A stretch of 64,000 nucleotides of DNA, from NCBI GenBank assembly GCA_038227875.1, contig JBBRPR010000018.1:64001-128000 (forward strand), written 5' to 3'. Below, in pieces: positions 11,520 to 22,377 of this stretch; positions within the stretch are counted from its first letter, which is position 1; every line of letters begins with the position of its first letter. Origin of the DNA: Planctomycetota bacterium. GTDB taxonomy: Bacteria; Planctomycetota; SZUA-567; H5-PLA8. The position numbers and the translations under genes were made by a program. The notes under the pieces are model-generated. The model had not been told where the DNA came from. It worked only from the letters and a program-made list of their open reading frames with translations, and did not search any database.

Positions 11520-13067
11520 ATGGCAGACGTGCCGCAGCCGCGTGACAGTTCATCCGGGCCGACGCGGCCTTCGGCGGCGGCACGACTGCCGTTGTCTTCC
11601 AGCAAAGGCGACAAGACGCCGAGCGGTGATTTCCTTCCTCCGCCGCAGGTCAATTTCATCGGGCGCACGCTCGGTCAGTACGAACTGCAGGAGAAGATCG
11701 GCCAGGGCGGCATGGGCATGGTCTTCAAGGCGCTGGACACGGCGCTGGAACGCACCGTTGCGCTGAAGGTGCTGTTCGTCAATCCGCTCGACGACCCGCG
11801 GCAGGCGGAACGGTTCCTGCGCGAGGCCCGCAGTCTCGCGCGGCTGAATCATCCGAATCTGCTGCACGTTTACAACGTCGGCTCGGAGAGCGACTGCTAT
11901 TTCTTCGCGATGGAACTGCTGCACGGAATGACGCTCTCGCAGGCGATCCGCGGACGCGGGAAGATTCCGGCGGAGGAATTCGTGCCGGCGATTGGGCAGA
12001 TCCTGTCGGCGCTGCAGTACGTTCACGAACAGGGCGTCACGCACCGCGACATCAAGAGCGGCAACATCATGCTTTGCGAAAACCGTGCGGTGCTGATGGA
12101 CTTCGGGCTGGCGAAGGACGAGCATTTTTCGGGACTCACCAGCGTCGGCGCGGTGATGGGCACGCCCGATTACATGTCGCCGGAAGCGGCCGAAGGTTTG
12201 TCCGAAGGCCCGCCAACCGATCTGTACAGCCTCGGCGTCGTCACGTTCGAATCGCTCTGCGGGCGGCTGCCATTCGTGGGACGCTCGGCGCTCTCGATCA
12301 TCCGGCAGCACGTGGATGCGCCGCCGCCGTCGCTGGCGGAATTCAATCCGCACATCGACCCGCTGCTAGCCGGGATCGTCCACAAGTTGCTTCAGAAGAA
12401 TCCGGCCGACCGCTATCCGCATTGCCCCGCCCTGGCCGCGGACCTGAAGCGGTTTCTTCCGTCGCCTGAATTGAATCTGCTTGCGGAGCGCAAAGGACTG
12501 ATCGCGGCCAAGCCGGTAAAAGGCACCGGGACGTTCCAGCCGGTCACAAGCAAGCATGCGCCCGTGAATCCTAACGAGCCGACGGTGACGCACGCAATGA
12601 ACGCCGAAGCGGGCTCGGGCACGATCGCCGATGGCGGCGTGCCAGAGAGCGGCTTCGCCGATGCGGCGACGGTGATCCAGTCTCAGCCACGCGTGGTGCC
12701 GGCGGCGTCGATCAGCTTTTCGAAAGTGAAGCCAATCAGCGGCTGGCCGTGGTGGGTTTCCGGCGCGGTCGGGTTCTTTGGCGTGCTGGCGATCGTCTTC
12801 GTGATCGCGATGCTCGCGCAGCGCAACAAGCGCCGTGAAGAAAATGCGCCGTGGCCGGGGCAACTCGCGCTGCACAAGAAGGCTGACGGGACGACCGAAG
12901 AGATTCGCTGGGTCGAATTCAAGACCGGCGACCCCGATCCGGCCAAGTGGCAGGACGTGATTGAGCGCAAGAAAGCCGACGGCTCGTGGGAACGCGCGAC
13001 CGTGCTGCATTCGGAGTTCGCGGGCAAGAGCGATACGCTGGAATTTATGCAGGGCGAGAAGAAGTAG
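11520..13067 (+). CDS. Membrane-anchored Hanks-type Ser/Thr protein kinase
   Basis: IGQGGMGMV, VALK, HRDIKSGN, DFGLAK and GTPDYMSPE motifs; one TM helix and a short C-terminal domain. Confidence 0.95.
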   Translation: MADVPQPRDSSSGPTRPSAAARLPLSSSKGDKTPSGDFLPPPQVNFIGRTLGQYELQEKIGQGGMGMVFKALDTALERTVALKVLFVNPLDDPRQAERFLREARSLARLNHPNLLHVYNVGSESDCYFFAMELLHGMTLSQAIRGRGKIPAEEFVPAIGQILSALQYVHEQGVTHRDIKSGNIMLCENRAVLMDFGLAKDEHFSGLTSVGAVMGTPDYMSPEAAEGLSEGPPTDLYSLGVVTFESLCGRLPFVGRSALSIIRQHVDAPPPSLAEFNPHIDPLLAGIVHKLLQKNPADRYPHCPALAADLKRFLPSPELNLLAERKGLIAAKPVKGTGTFQPVTSKHAPVNPNEPTVTHAMNAEAGSGTIADGGVPESGFADAATVIQSQPRVVPAASISFSKVKPISGWPWWVSGAVGFFGVLAIVFVIAMLAQRNKRREENAPWPGQLALHKKADGTTEEIRWVEFKTGDPDPAKWQDVIERKKADGSWERATVLHSEFAGKSDTLEFMQGEKK

Positions 13068-13134
13068 AACATCTTCCATTTTCAATTTGAACGGCATCGT
13101 GACCGATCAATCGCCCCGCGGGTTTTGAAGGATC

Positions 13135-13983
13135 ATGGATGCTCCGCGCGAAAAGCCGAAGATGACGCGCCGCAGGTTTTTGAAACTGCTGGGCATTGGC
13201 GGCGCCGCCACCGCCGTGGTGGGTACGGGTTATTCGGCAGTCGAAGCGTGCTGGATCAACGACACGTTTGAGACGGTCACGATTCCGCGGCTACCGTCTG
13301 CGTTTAAAGGACTGCGCGTCGCGTTTCTGACCGACATCCACCACGGACCGTTTACGTGGCTCTCGTATGTCAAAGCCATCGTCGCGCGCACCAATGCGCT
13401 CAAGCCGGACGTGATTGTGCTGGGTGGCGATTACATTCATACCGACGCCAAGTACATCGCGCCGGTGTTTGAAACGCTGGGTTCGCTGTCGGCGCCGCTT
13501 GGCGTGTATGGCGTGCTGGGCAATCACGATCATTACCACGGCGCGGCCGAATGCAGCGCCGCGATGAGCGCGGCAGGACTCGTAGAGTTGACGAATTCCG
13601 GCGTCTGGCTGAAGAAGGCCGGACAGCGCTTCCGTATCGCGGGGCTCGGCGACTACTGGGAGGACATCCAGGATCTCGACGCGGCGCTGGACGATTGCCG
13701 CAGCGAAGAGACGTGCCTGCTGCTGAGCCACAATCCGGACCCGATCGAAGACATCACCGATGGTCGCGTCGGTTTGATGCTCTCCGGGCACACGCATGGC
13801 GGACAGGTTGTGCTGCCACTGGTGGGTCCGCCGTACATTCCATCACAATACGGCCGGAAATATATGCGTGGCTTTGTCGCGACGCCGACGTCGCAAGTGT
13901 TTGTCTCGCGCGGTCTGGGCACGATTACACCGCCGCTGCGGTTCAGCTGCCGGCCGGAGATTAATCTCCTCACGCTTATCTAA
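13135..13983 (+). CDS. Metallophosphoesterase (YkuE/YaeI-like)
   Basis: DIH, GGD, GNHD, SHNPD and SGHTHGGQ motifs; N-terminal TRRRFLK. Confidence 0.9.
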   Translation: MDAPREKPKMTRRRFLKLLGIGGAATAVVGTGYSAVEACWINDTFETVTIPRLPSAFKGLRVAFLTDIHHGPFTWLSYVKAIVARTNALKPDVIVLGGDYIHTDAKYIAPVFETLGSLSAPLGVYGVLGNHDHYHGAAECSAAMSAAGLVELTNSGVWLKKAGQRFRIAGLGDYWEDIQDLDAALDDCRSEETCLLLSHNPDPIEDITDGRVGLMLSGHTHGGQVVLPLVGPPYIPSQYGRKYMRGFVATPTSQVFVSRGLGTITPPLRFSCRPEINLLTLI

Positions 13984-14084
13984 CGGAAAATGGCAACAAT
14001 TCCGCCGTTTCCACCGATTGCACACGTCTACTCAACACGCTATTGTACGAGCAACAAATCCGCCTGAGGAGCGCTGTGGTTAAC

Positions 14085-16988
14085 GTGCGCAACATCCTGA
14101 CGCTCTGCCTGTTCCCTTTCCTGATACTGTCGATCACGCCCGTTCGCGCGGAAGAGCCGCCGCCTGCGGAAACGGTGCCGCTTCCGGCGGAGCGGCCGAA
14201 AACGCCGACGCCTGAGGCTGATCCGGCGGCCAAGCATGGCGACGATTCTGAAGCGCCGCAGCTCACGATCGAAACGCCGGTCGTGGCCACGGGCAAAAAC
14301 GCGGTGTTCAGCCTCTACGGTCCGGAAGTGTATCTGCACGGCGCGACGGCCAAATACGTACTGCGCGACGAGTACGGTCGGCAACTCAGCGGCGGCGTGC
14401 TGCGCGTGGCGGACCTTCCGGTCAATGAGGGCAAGCCGCGGCAGATTGAGCTACCGGTTGAACATCCGCTCGCGCGCGGTCACACGTTGACGCTGACGTT
14501 GACGGGCACCGATGACAAGGTGGTGGAACTCAACGCACCATTTTCGGTGCAGCAGCCTCCACGCGCCTGGGATGGGTGGCTCAATCTGGTCTCCACGCCG
14601 CCGGCGAATGGGAATTGGGACGCGCTGCGCACGTTGAACATCGACGGCGGCGTGCAGTACCGCATCCACCCCGCCCGCCGTGAAGCGCTGCGAAAAGGCC
14701 AGTGCGTTTTCTACGTCGAGAACGTCTCGCGCCAGATGCTCTCGCGCTACCACACTGAGGCGGGCCTCTGGGAGAAGACACTCAACGCCGTCGTGGCCGA
14801 GCCTGGCAATCGCGCGGCGCGCTACCGCGAGCCGTCGCTTTGCTCCCAGGAATTTGCCGAATCGTTCGCAAAGGAATTGAAGCGCCACGGCGAAAGCTAC
14901 GCCAAGGATCCGCCGCTCTTTTACTCGTTGGCATCGGAACCGTCCGCGACACGACTGGCCTGCGCGGCCGACTTCGATTTCAGCCCCGTCGCGCTGACGG
15001 AATTTCAACGCTGGCTGGAACGCGATGTCTACGGCACGCTCCCGGCTCTCAATACATCGTGGGGCACCAGCTTCGGCGCGTGGAACGAAGTCCAGCCGAT
15101 GACCACCGACGAGGCGCGCTTCCGGCTTACGGATGGCGTAATGAGCTTCGCGCCGTGGACGGATTTTCGTGAATTTCAGGACCACCAGTTCGCCAAAATT
15201 CTGCGCGACGGGGGCGATTATCTGCGGCGCTACGACAGTACGGCAAAGACCGGCATCACCGGCGCGATGGGGCCGTTCGCGTTCGGCGGCTGGGATTGGT
15301 CGCGGCTTTCGAGCGCGCTGGACGTGGTCGAATGCTACGACATCGGCGGCGCGCGGTCGCTCTGGCGCGATCTGGCGCCGGGCAAACCGGCGCTGGCGAT
15401 GGTGCCGGTTCCCGGGCCGGCGGACGATAAACCCGAGATGCTCGCGGAGACCACGCGCACGCTCTGGAATCTGGCGCTCGAAGGTGGCTCGCGCGGTGTG
15501 GTGCTGTGGGATAGCGGCGCGGATTCCAATCGCACTGTCAGCGGACTGATCGATACCGAAGGCAGGGCGACGGCGGCTGCGCAGGCGCTGAGCACGCAGC
15601 TCAAGACGCTGAGCGGCGAAACCGGAACGATTCTCGCCAACGTCCATCGCCTGGATGATGGCGTCGGCATTCTGTATTCGCCGTCGAGCATCCGCGTGAC
15701 GTGGCTGCTGGAGGCCGAGCGCCTGCACGGCAACAAGTGGCTGGAGAGCTGGGGCCGCGACAGCAGCGCGGAGCGCCGAGAATCGCCGCAACTTCGGCTG
15801 CGCGAGAGCTGGTGCAAGCTGCTCGATGATGCGGGCATCGCATGGCGTTTTGTCTCGTCAGCGCAGTTGGAAAAGAAAGAGTTTCTCAAGAAGGATTTCG
15901 GCATCAAGACACTGATCCTGCCGCGCACGCTTTGCATCTCCGACCTTGAAGTCGACACGTTGAAGCAATTCGTTCAAAACGGCGGGCATCTGGTCGCGGA
16001 CGCCTGTTGCGGCCACTTCGACGAGCACGGCCGCACGCGCAAGAAGCCAGCGCTCGACGAGATTTTTGGCGTGGATACGTCCGGCGAACCGTTGGCCGCG
16101 GAGCCCATGAATCCGCTGGAGGTGTTGAAGGCGCCGCAGGATTGGAAAGCTGACGAGATCAAGGACCTGGCGCCGGTATTCTCCGACAAGGTGAAGCCTG
16201 CCGGAAAATTCACATTTAACGGCGACTACCGCGGCGCGCCGTACCTCGCCGCGACGGGAAACGCCGTGTTTTTGAATCTCGATCTGACCGATTACCTGCG
16301 CTGGCGTCTCCACCCCGACCTGCCACGCGCTGCGGTCACGCGCGATGCCGTGGTGCGCGCGGCGCTGCAGGACCGCCGCAACGAATGGATCGACGCGGCG
16401 GCGACGAAGCTGCCCGTGGGTACGCGGTTGGTGTGGCTGGGAACGGGCGGAGCTTCGCCGGCGAAGATTCTTGCGCTGATACGCAACCCTCAGGCACGCG
16501 TCAATGAACTCGGCACAGAAAAAGAAGGCAACTGGGCGTTCGAGAAGCCCGAGCCGTTCACGCTGGTGCTCAAGAACGAGATGATCGCGCGTCATCTTTA
16601 TCCAGCCGCAGCAGCCGACGCCGACAAAGCTCCCGTGAAAAAGATCGAAGGCACGCTCGAACCGTCTGCGCCCTTCATTGTCGCGCTGAGCCCTGCGGCC
16701 GTTGCTGCGCCCACACTGTCGCTCACCGAGAAGGCTGCGCCCGGTGCGCCGATCGAGATTAAGATCGCTGCGGCTGTGGCCGGCCCGCACATCTACACCG
16801 TCCGCATTGCCGGCCCCGACGGCGCCGATCGCCCCTTCTATAGCGTCACGCTGCCGACGCTCGATGGCCAGGCATTGCGCACGCTGGTCACAGCGCAGAA
16901 CGATGCTCCGGGGGCGTGGGTGGTTACGGTGCGCGATATTATTGGCGGGGCGGAGGCGACAAAGAATTTCACGTTAACACCGCCGTAG
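14085..16988 (+). CDS. Exported GH42-like glycoside hydrolase with trimerisation-type domain
   Basis: Signal peptide; SEP acid/base-like motif, FQRWL...YGTLPALNTSWGTSF and LKQFVQNGGHLVAD. Substrate cannot be determined from sequence. Confidence 0.65.
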   Translation: MRNILTLCLFPFLILSITPVRAEEPPPAETVPLPAERPKTPTPEADPAAKHGDDSEAPQLTIETPVVATGKNAVFSLYGPEVYLHGATAKYVLRDEYGRQLSGGVLRVADLPVNEGKPRQIELPVEHPLARGHTLTLTLTGTDDKVVELNAPFSVQQPPRAWDGWLNLVSTPPANGNWDALRTLNIDGGVQYRIHPARREALRKGQCVFYVENVSRQMLSRYHTEAGLWEKTLNAVVAEPGNRAARYREPSLCSQEFAESFAKELKRHGESYAKDPPLFYSLASEPSATRLACAADFDFSPVALTEFQRWLERDVYGTLPALNTSWGTSFGAWNEVQPMTTDEARFRLTDGVMSFAPWTDFREFQDHQFAKILRDGGDYLRRYDSTAKTGITGAMGPFAFGGWDWSRLSSALDVVECYDIGGARSLWRDLAPGKPALAMVPVPGPADDKPEMLAETTRTLWNLALEGGSRGVVLWDSGADSNRTVSGLIDTEGRATAAAQALSTQLKTLSGETGTILANVHRLDDGVGILYSPSSIRVTWLLEAERLHGNKWLESWGRDSSAERRESPQLRLRESWCKLLDDAGIAWRFVSSAQLEKKEFLKKDFGIKTLILPRTLCISDLEVDTLKQFVQNGGHLVADACCGHFDEHGRTRKKPALDEIFGVDTSGEPLAAEPMNPLEVLKAPQDWKADEIKDLAPVFSDKVKPAGKFTFNGDYRGAPYLAATGNAVFLNLDLTDYLRWRLHPDLPRAAVTRDAVVRAALQDRRNEWIDAAATKLPVGTRLVWLGTGGASPAKILALIRNPQARVNELGTEKEGNWAFEKPEPFTLVLKNEMIARHLYPAAAADADKAPVKKIEGTLEPSAPFIVALSPAAVAAPTLSLTEKAAPGAPIEIKIAAAVAGPHIYTVRIAGPDGADRPFYSVTLPTLDGQALRTLVTAQNDAPGAWVVTVRDIIGGAEATKNFTLTPP

Positions 16989-17012
16989 CGCAGCTGGAGT
17001 GCGCATCCGCTA

Positions 17013-17039
17013 TTGCAGGCGGGACGCCTGCACCACAAT
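17013..17039. repeat. REP-like palindromic element
   Basis: TTGCAGGCGGGACGCCTGCACCACAAT, identical to 57362-57388. Confidence 0.85.
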
Positions 17040-17108
17040 AATCCCACGTTGGCATCATTATCTCTCTTTGATATACTCTGGATACATTCAACGAGAGGCC
17101 GTGAACCG

Positions 17109-18578
17109 ATGTCGCAAGTCACCATTGTACCCGATCCGTCCGTGACGCTGCCCGCGCTGAAGGGCGAACGCACCGGCAAGCCTGATTTTGCCAGCGTCGA
17201 CTTCAACCGCGCGCCGTTCATCGTCATCTGGGAAGTCACGCGCGCGTGCGATCTCCGCTGTGTGCACTGCCGCGCCGAAGCGATCGTGCAGCGCCATCCG
17301 CTCGAATTGAATTTCAAAGAGAGCTGCAAGCTCATCGACCAGATTCGGGAATTTGGCAAGCCTCTGTTTGTGCTGACCGGCGGCGACCCGCTCAAGCGTC
17401 CCGACATTTACGACCTGATCAAGTACGGCGATCAGAAAGGCCTGCGCGTCGCACTGACGCCATCGGGCACGCAGTTGATGCAGCCACCGGTGATCGCGAA
17501 ATTCAAGCAGTGCGGTCTCTCGCGACTGGCCGTGTCGCTCGACGGTTCCTGCCCGGAGATCCACGACACGTTCCGCAAGGTCGACGGCTCGTTCGCGTGG
17601 ACGGTGGAATCGATCAAGGAAGCGCGGCGCAACGACATTCCGGTGCAGATCAACACGACCGTCTGCAAACACAATCTGAAGGACGTGCAGGCCATCGCCG
17701 AATTGCTGGCGACACTCGACATCTGTCTCTGGTCGGTCTTCTTCCTCGTGCCCACCGGCCGCGGACTGCGCAGCGACATTGTCAGCGCGCGCGATCACGA
17801 AGATGTGTTCAATCAGCTTTACGATCTGAGCAAGACGATGCCGTACGACATCAAGACGACCGCCGCGCAGCATTACCGCCGCGTGGTTGTGCAACGCCGC
17901 CGCCAGGAGATCGCGGAGCTCGTTGCGCAAGGCAAGACACCCGACGAAGCGGCGCGCGCGGTGCAACTCAATTCCGTGCCCACGGCGATTCCCGGCTACA
18001 ACTACGAACCTGGCGGCTGGTCGTCAACGTCCAGCGGCGCCAACAGCCCCGACGCCAAGGGCGCTCCGCCTCGCGCGACGGGCGAAGACGCGGGCGCGCT
18101 GAAGGCCAAAATCGAACGCATGCGCGCCGGCGGCGCTCCTGAGTTCGTCATCGCCAAGCTCGAAGCGCAGTTGTACTCGGCGGAGGGTAAAGGCGCTGAC
18201 GGTGCCAGCGCGCCGATCGAATTCTTAACGCGCCAGGACACGGCTCGATCCGATGCGGCGCTGGACATCGGCCGCGCGTCGAAAGGCGTCAACGACGGTA
18301 ACGGCTTCGTTTTCATCGACCACATCGGCCTGGTTTATCCGAGCGGATTTCTGCCGCTGGTCGTGGGCGACGTGCGCAAGCAAAGCCTCGTCGACATCTA
18401 CCGCGACAGCCCGATCATGCGCCAGTTGCGCGACTACCCGACGCTCAAGGGAAAATGCAGCTGGTGCGACTTCCGTGACATCTGCGGCGGGTCGCGCAGC
18501 CGTTCGTTCGGCGTCACCGGCGATTACCTCGCTAGCGAGCCGTATTGCAGTTACTTCCCACAAAAACCCAAACAGTAG
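17109..18578 (+). CDS. Radical SAM/SPASM protein (TIGR04053/Ahb-NirJ-like)
   Basis: WEVTRACDLRCVHC (CxxxCxxC), LTGGDP, VYPSGFLP and LKGKCSWCDFRDICGGSRSR...EPYC. Confidence 0.88.
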   Translation: MSQVTIVPDPSVTLPALKGERTGKPDFASVDFNRAPFIVIWEVTRACDLRCVHCRAEAIVQRHPLELNFKESCKLIDQIREFGKPLFVLTGGDPLKRPDIYDLIKYGDQKGLRVALTPSGTQLMQPPVIAKFKQCGLSRLAVSLDGSCPEIHDTFRKVDGSFAWTVESIKEARRNDIPVQINTTVCKHNLKDVQAIAELLATLDICLWSVFFLVPTGRGLRSDIVSARDHEDVFNQLYDLSKTMPYDIKTTAAQHYRRVVVQRRRQEIAELVAQGKTPDEAARAVQLNSVPTAIPGYNYEPGGWSSTSSGANSPDAKGAPPRATGEDAGALKAKIERMRAGGAPEFVIAKLEAQLYSAEGKGADGASAPIEFLTRQDTARSDAALDIGRASKGVNDGNGFVFIDHIGLVYPSGFLPLVVGDVRKQSLVDIYRDSPIMRQLRDYPTLKGKCSWCDFRDICGGSRSRSFGVTGDYLASEPYCSYFPQKPKQ

Positions 18579-18611
18579 AGGCAGGGACCAAGGGATCAGG
18601 GGTCAGTGAAC

Positions 18612-18642
18612 AAACTCGCCGCGCTTGCGGCGAGCTTTTTTT
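18612..18642. terminator. Hairpin of a repeated family, probable intrinsic terminator
   Basis: AAACTCGCCGC-GCTT-GCGGCGAG-CTTTTTTT between convergent genes. Confidence 0.7.
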
Positions 18643-18795
18643 GACTACGATCGTTCGCAAGGGCTCCGAATTCGTACGAATTTTCGGCAGTGGTGCTTCC
18701 GTCCTGGAGCTTCTTGTTGTTGACGCAACCCGGACCGAGGGGCCAGGCCACCCCTCGCGGGTCTATCGTTCATCACTCATCTTCATCGTTCTAAT

Positions 18796-19848
18796 TTACT
18801 CGTAGCCGTATTTCCGGGTGTGCGCTTCCTCGAGGTATTTGGCCAGCAGGGCGATCGTGGCTTCGATGTCGCCGACGTGGGCCATTTCGTTGACGGTGTG
18901 GACGTAGCGGGTCGGAATTGAGAGCGTGAAGCTGGGTACGCCGCCGCGGCTGCGCTGAATTCCACCGGCGTCGGTGCCGCCGCGCGGAAGCACTTCGAGC
19001 TGGTGCTTGATCTTGTGCTTTTCGGCGATGTCGCGGAAATGGCGGACGAGCTTCGGATGACACAGCAGGGACGAATCCATGATCTTGATCGCGGTGCCGT
19101 GACCGAGCTTCGTGACGTGATCGAATTCCGCGGGACCAGGGAAATCGTTGGCGAGCGTGATGTCCAGCGCGATGCCGACGTCCGGCTGCAGCGCGAACGC
19201 GGCGGTCGTGGCGCCGCGCAGGCCCACTTCTTCCTGCGTCGTGGCGACGGCCAGGATTTCGCAATCGTGCGATTTTAAGGCACGCAGCGCTTCGATCATC
19301 ACGAAGACGCTGACGCGGTTGTCGAGCGTCTTGCTGACGATCATATCGCCGACGCGTTCGGTGGTACGGGCCATCGTGATCATGTCGCCGATTTCGACGA
19401 GGCTCCGCACCTTATCCGCGGGCAAACCGATGTCGACGTAGAGTTCCTCGATCTTCGGCGGCTTGTTCATTTCTTCGGGGGTGAGCATGTGGATCGGCTT
19501 GCTCGCGGGCATCAACGCGCCCAGGAGGCTCCGCCCGGAAAAACCGTGAACGTACACGCGCTGCGCGACCATCACGCGCGGATCCCAGCCGCCAACCGGC
19601 TGCAGGCGGATGAAGCCTTTGTCGTCAATGAATTTGACCATGAAGCCGATCTCGTCCATGTGGGCGGCGAGCATGACTTTCGGCGCGCCAGGCTTGCCAT
19701 GCTTGATGGCGATGACGCTGCCCATGGCGTCGAAGGTGATGCTATCGGTGAGGCCCTTGAGTTCCTCAACGACGACCGTTCGCATCCGTTCTTCGCGGCT
19801 GGAAATTCCGGGCGTTTCACACAATTTTTTGAGCAAATCGAAATTCAT
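18796..19848 (-). CDS. M42 family metallo-aminopeptidase
   Basis: AAHMDEIG, LDNR, QEEVGLRGA, GGTDAG and RYVHT motifs. Confidence 0.93.
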   Translation of the reverse strand: MNFDLLKKLCETPGISSREERMRTVVVEELKGLTDSITFDAMGSVIAIKHGKPGAPKVMLAAHMDEIGFMVKFIDDKGFIRLQPVGGWDPRVMVAQRVYVHGFSGRSLLGALMPASKPIHMLTPEEMNKPPKIEELYVDIGLPADKVRSLVEIGDMITMARTTERVGDMIVSKTLDNRVSVFVMIEALRALKSHDCEILAVATTQEEVGLRGATTAAFALQPDVGIALDITLANDFPGPAEFDHVTKLGHGTAIKIMDSSLLCHPKLVRHFRDIAEKHKIKHQLEVLPRGGTDAGGIQRSRGGVPSFTLSIPTRYVHTVNEMAHVGDIEATIALLAKYLEEAHTRKYGYE

Positions 19849-20098
19849 GCGCTTCTCCTGGGCTGTGGCAGCCCGTTGGTAACTCTTGGCCTACGCCGCG
19901 AAACGCCTTTACTGCCAGGCGTTTCACGGGAAAACTTGACGGAATCGATCTTTTACAACTGGCTGCTGCGGATGAGACGATAACTTTACAGAATCAGGGC
20001 CATTCGTCCACGTCGTGAAAAGGTGGGAGATTGCAAATGGCTCGCGCATGGCTTAAAAGTGAAACACGAGATTCCAGTAGCTGAAGCGAAAGGACATC

Positions 20099-21373
20099 AT
20101 GGCGCACGGCACGACCGAACGGACGAAAACGAAATCCCCCAGCAAACGCGCGGCTCCGGTTGAAGCTCCGCTGGAAGGCATGCCCCCGATTGACGGCGGC
20201 CGCCTGCGGCTGCTGCCGCCGTACCTCGCCAGCGCCATCAATGCTCTGAACGCCGATCTGCGCAGTCGCGGTGTCGATGTCATCGATCTGGGCATGGGCA
20301 ATCCCGTCGACGCGGTCGCCGGGAATGTCGTCGCCGCGTTGAAGGAAGCTGCCGACAAGCCGGAGAACCACCGCTACGGTCCGGCGACGGGAATCAAGCC
20401 GCTGCGCGAAGCGTTTTCACGCCATTACGCGCGGCACTACAACGTCAGTCTCGACGCCGACAAGGAAGTCATCGTCTCGATGGGTTCCAAGGACGCGTTC
20501 AGCCATCTTTGCGTCGCGATGCTGGGAGCGCAGGACGCCTGCGTGCTGCCCACCCCGGCCTACCCGCCGCATTTGTACGCGCCGCAGATTTCCGGAGCTC
20601 ACGTCGTCGGCGTGCATATGACCGAGGAACAGCCGGGCGAGAAACTGCTCGCGGATCTGCGCCGTGTTTTCGAGACGGTGCGGCCGCGGCCAAAGTTCCT
20701 CATCCTGAATTTTCCGAACAACCCCACGGCCAAGACCGTCGATCTGCCGTTCTTTGAAGAAGCGGTGGCGATGGCGCGGCACTTCAAATTCTGGCTGCTG
20801 AACGACATGGCCTACGGCCACAGCAGCTTCGACGGGTACAAAGCGCCGAGCATTCTGCAGGTGAAGGGGGCCAAAGACGTCGCGGTGGAAATGTTCACGA
20901 TGTCCAAGCCTTACAGCATGGCCGGCTGGCGCGTCGGTTTCCTGGCGGGTAACGCGGGGCTGATCGAAGCGCTGACCAAGATCAAGCCGTACTTCGATTA
21001 CGGACACTTCTTCCCGATCCAGATCGCGTCGGTGGTGGCGCTCGACACGGGCGACAAGTACATCACCGATCAGGCGATGATTTATCAGAAGCGCCGCGAT
21101 GCGCTGCTTTCGGGCCTCGAGAAGAACGGTTGGGGGCGAACGATCAAGAATCGCGCGACAATGTTCTCGTGGCAGCACGTTCCCGCGCAGTTCAAGGAGC
21201 GCGGGTCGGTGCAATTCTGCCGGGATTTGGCTGAAAACACGGGCGTCAGCTTTTTTCCGGGCGGCGGGTTCGGTTCGGAGGGCGAAGGTTTCGTCCGCAT
21301 CGCGCTGGTCGAGCCGGAAGCGCGGATTCAGGAAGCTACGAAGCGTGTAGGCAAATTCCTGAAAAACGGTTAG
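20099..21373 (+). CDS. PLP-dependent class I/II aminotransferase (AlaC/LL-DAP-aminotransferase-like)
   Basis: DLGMGNP, NFPNNPT, DMAY and SKPYSMAGWRVGF (PLP lysine). Confidence 0.9.
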   Translation: MAHGTTERTKTKSPSKRAAPVEAPLEGMPPIDGGRLRLLPPYLASAINALNADLRSRGVDVIDLGMGNPVDAVAGNVVAALKEAADKPENHRYGPATGIKPLREAFSRHYARHYNVSLDADKEVIVSMGSKDAFSHLCVAMLGAQDACVLPTPAYPPHLYAPQISGAHVVGVHMTEEQPGEKLLADLRRVFETVRPRPKFLILNFPNNPTAKTVDLPFFEEAVAMARHFKFWLLNDMAYGHSSFDGYKAPSILQVKGAKDVAVEMFTMSKPYSMAGWRVGFLAGNAGLIEALTKIKPYFDYGHFFPIQIASVVALDTGDKYITDQAMIYQKRRDALLSGLEKNGWGRTIKNRATMFSWQHVPAQFKERGSVQFCRDLAENTGVSFFPGGGFGSEGEGFVRIALVEPEARIQEATKRVGKFLKNG

Positions 21374-21418
21374 CCTTTCAACCATCACCGATACGGAATT
21401 TTAGAGAACACGTTTACG

Positions 21419-22306
21419 ATGAGTGACGAACAGCCCGAAGCGGAAACGCCTGCAGCCGAAGCCGCGCCAACGCCCAAGAAGAAGGGCTCGCGCAAGGGCA
21501 AAGGCAAGAAGGCCAAACCCGAGACGCCCGACCTTCTAACGCAGGCCGAGGAAGCGGCGTCTACCGAAGCTGCCGCTCCGGCGGCACCGCCAGAGGAGTC
21601 CGCTCCGCCTCCGGCCGAGGAAGTTCCCGCGAACGTTGAAGCCACGAGCGCTGAAGTCCCGTCGAATGAATCCACCGATTCAGCTGAAGGTGAAAAGTCC
21701 GTTGAGCCGGTGAACGAAGAAGAGGCTGCCGCGCTGGCGGCTCAGGCGGCGCCGCTGCCGGGTGAAGAAGTCGTCGAAGCGCCGGTCGACATGGAATCCC
21801 TCGCGCGCACCGTCGAGGCCTTGCTCTTTGCCGCCGAAGAGCCGATCGCGCCCCGCGAAATCGCGCGCGCTTCCGGGAGCGACAGCGCGACGATCCGCAA
21901 GGTTCTCAAGGAAATCCGCGAACGCTACGAACAGATGAAACAGCCGTGGGACATCGCCGAAGTCGCCAACGGGTTCCGCATGGTATCGCGGCCCGAATAC
22001 TACCCAGCCATTCAACGTCTGAAGACCCAGACGGCTCAACGCAAGCTGACGCAAGCGGCGCTGGAAACTCTGGCACTGATCGCGTACCGCCAGCCGATCG
22101 GCCGGTCGGAAGTGGAATCGGTCCGCGGCGTCGGCGCCGGTCCGGTGCTTCGCATGCTGCTCGAGAAAAAACTGATCAAAATTTCCGGCCGCGGCACCGG
22201 CGTGGGTCAGCCGCTGCTTTACGGCACCACCGATTATTTCCTCGAACACTTCGGCCTGAAGAGCACTCAGGATCTGCCCAAGCCGGGTGAGTTCAAGAAT
22301 ACGTAA
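21419..22306 (+). CDS. scpB: SMC-Scp complex subunit ScpB with long acidic/Ala-Pro N-terminal extension
   Basis: VEALLFAAEEP, LTQAALETLALIAYRQPI and LLYGTTDYFLEHFGL motifs. Confidence 0.93.
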   Translation: MSDEQPEAETPAAEAAPTPKKKGSRKGKGKKAKPETPDLLTQAEEAASTEAAAPAAPPEESAPPPAEEVPANVEATSAEVPSNESTDSAEGEKSVEPVNEEEAAALAAQAAPLPGEEVVEAPVDMESLARTVEALLFAAEEPIAPREIARASGSDSATIRKVLKEIRERYEQMKQPWDIAEVANGFRMVSRPEYYPAIQRLKTQTAQRKLTQAALETLALIAYRQPIGRSEVESVRGVGAGPVLRMLLEKKLIKISGRGTGVGQPLLYGTTDYFLEHFGLKSTQDLPKPGEFKNT

Positions 22307-22377
22307 TAGCCGGGATTCGGGATTGGGGAATTGGGATTCGTCGCGATTCCGCAATGGGCGAATCCCGATTGCTGATT

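Noticed and set aside
18669..18682. 14-bp perfect palindrome AATTCGTACGAATT
   Set aside because: Single occurrence between convergent genes with no other support.
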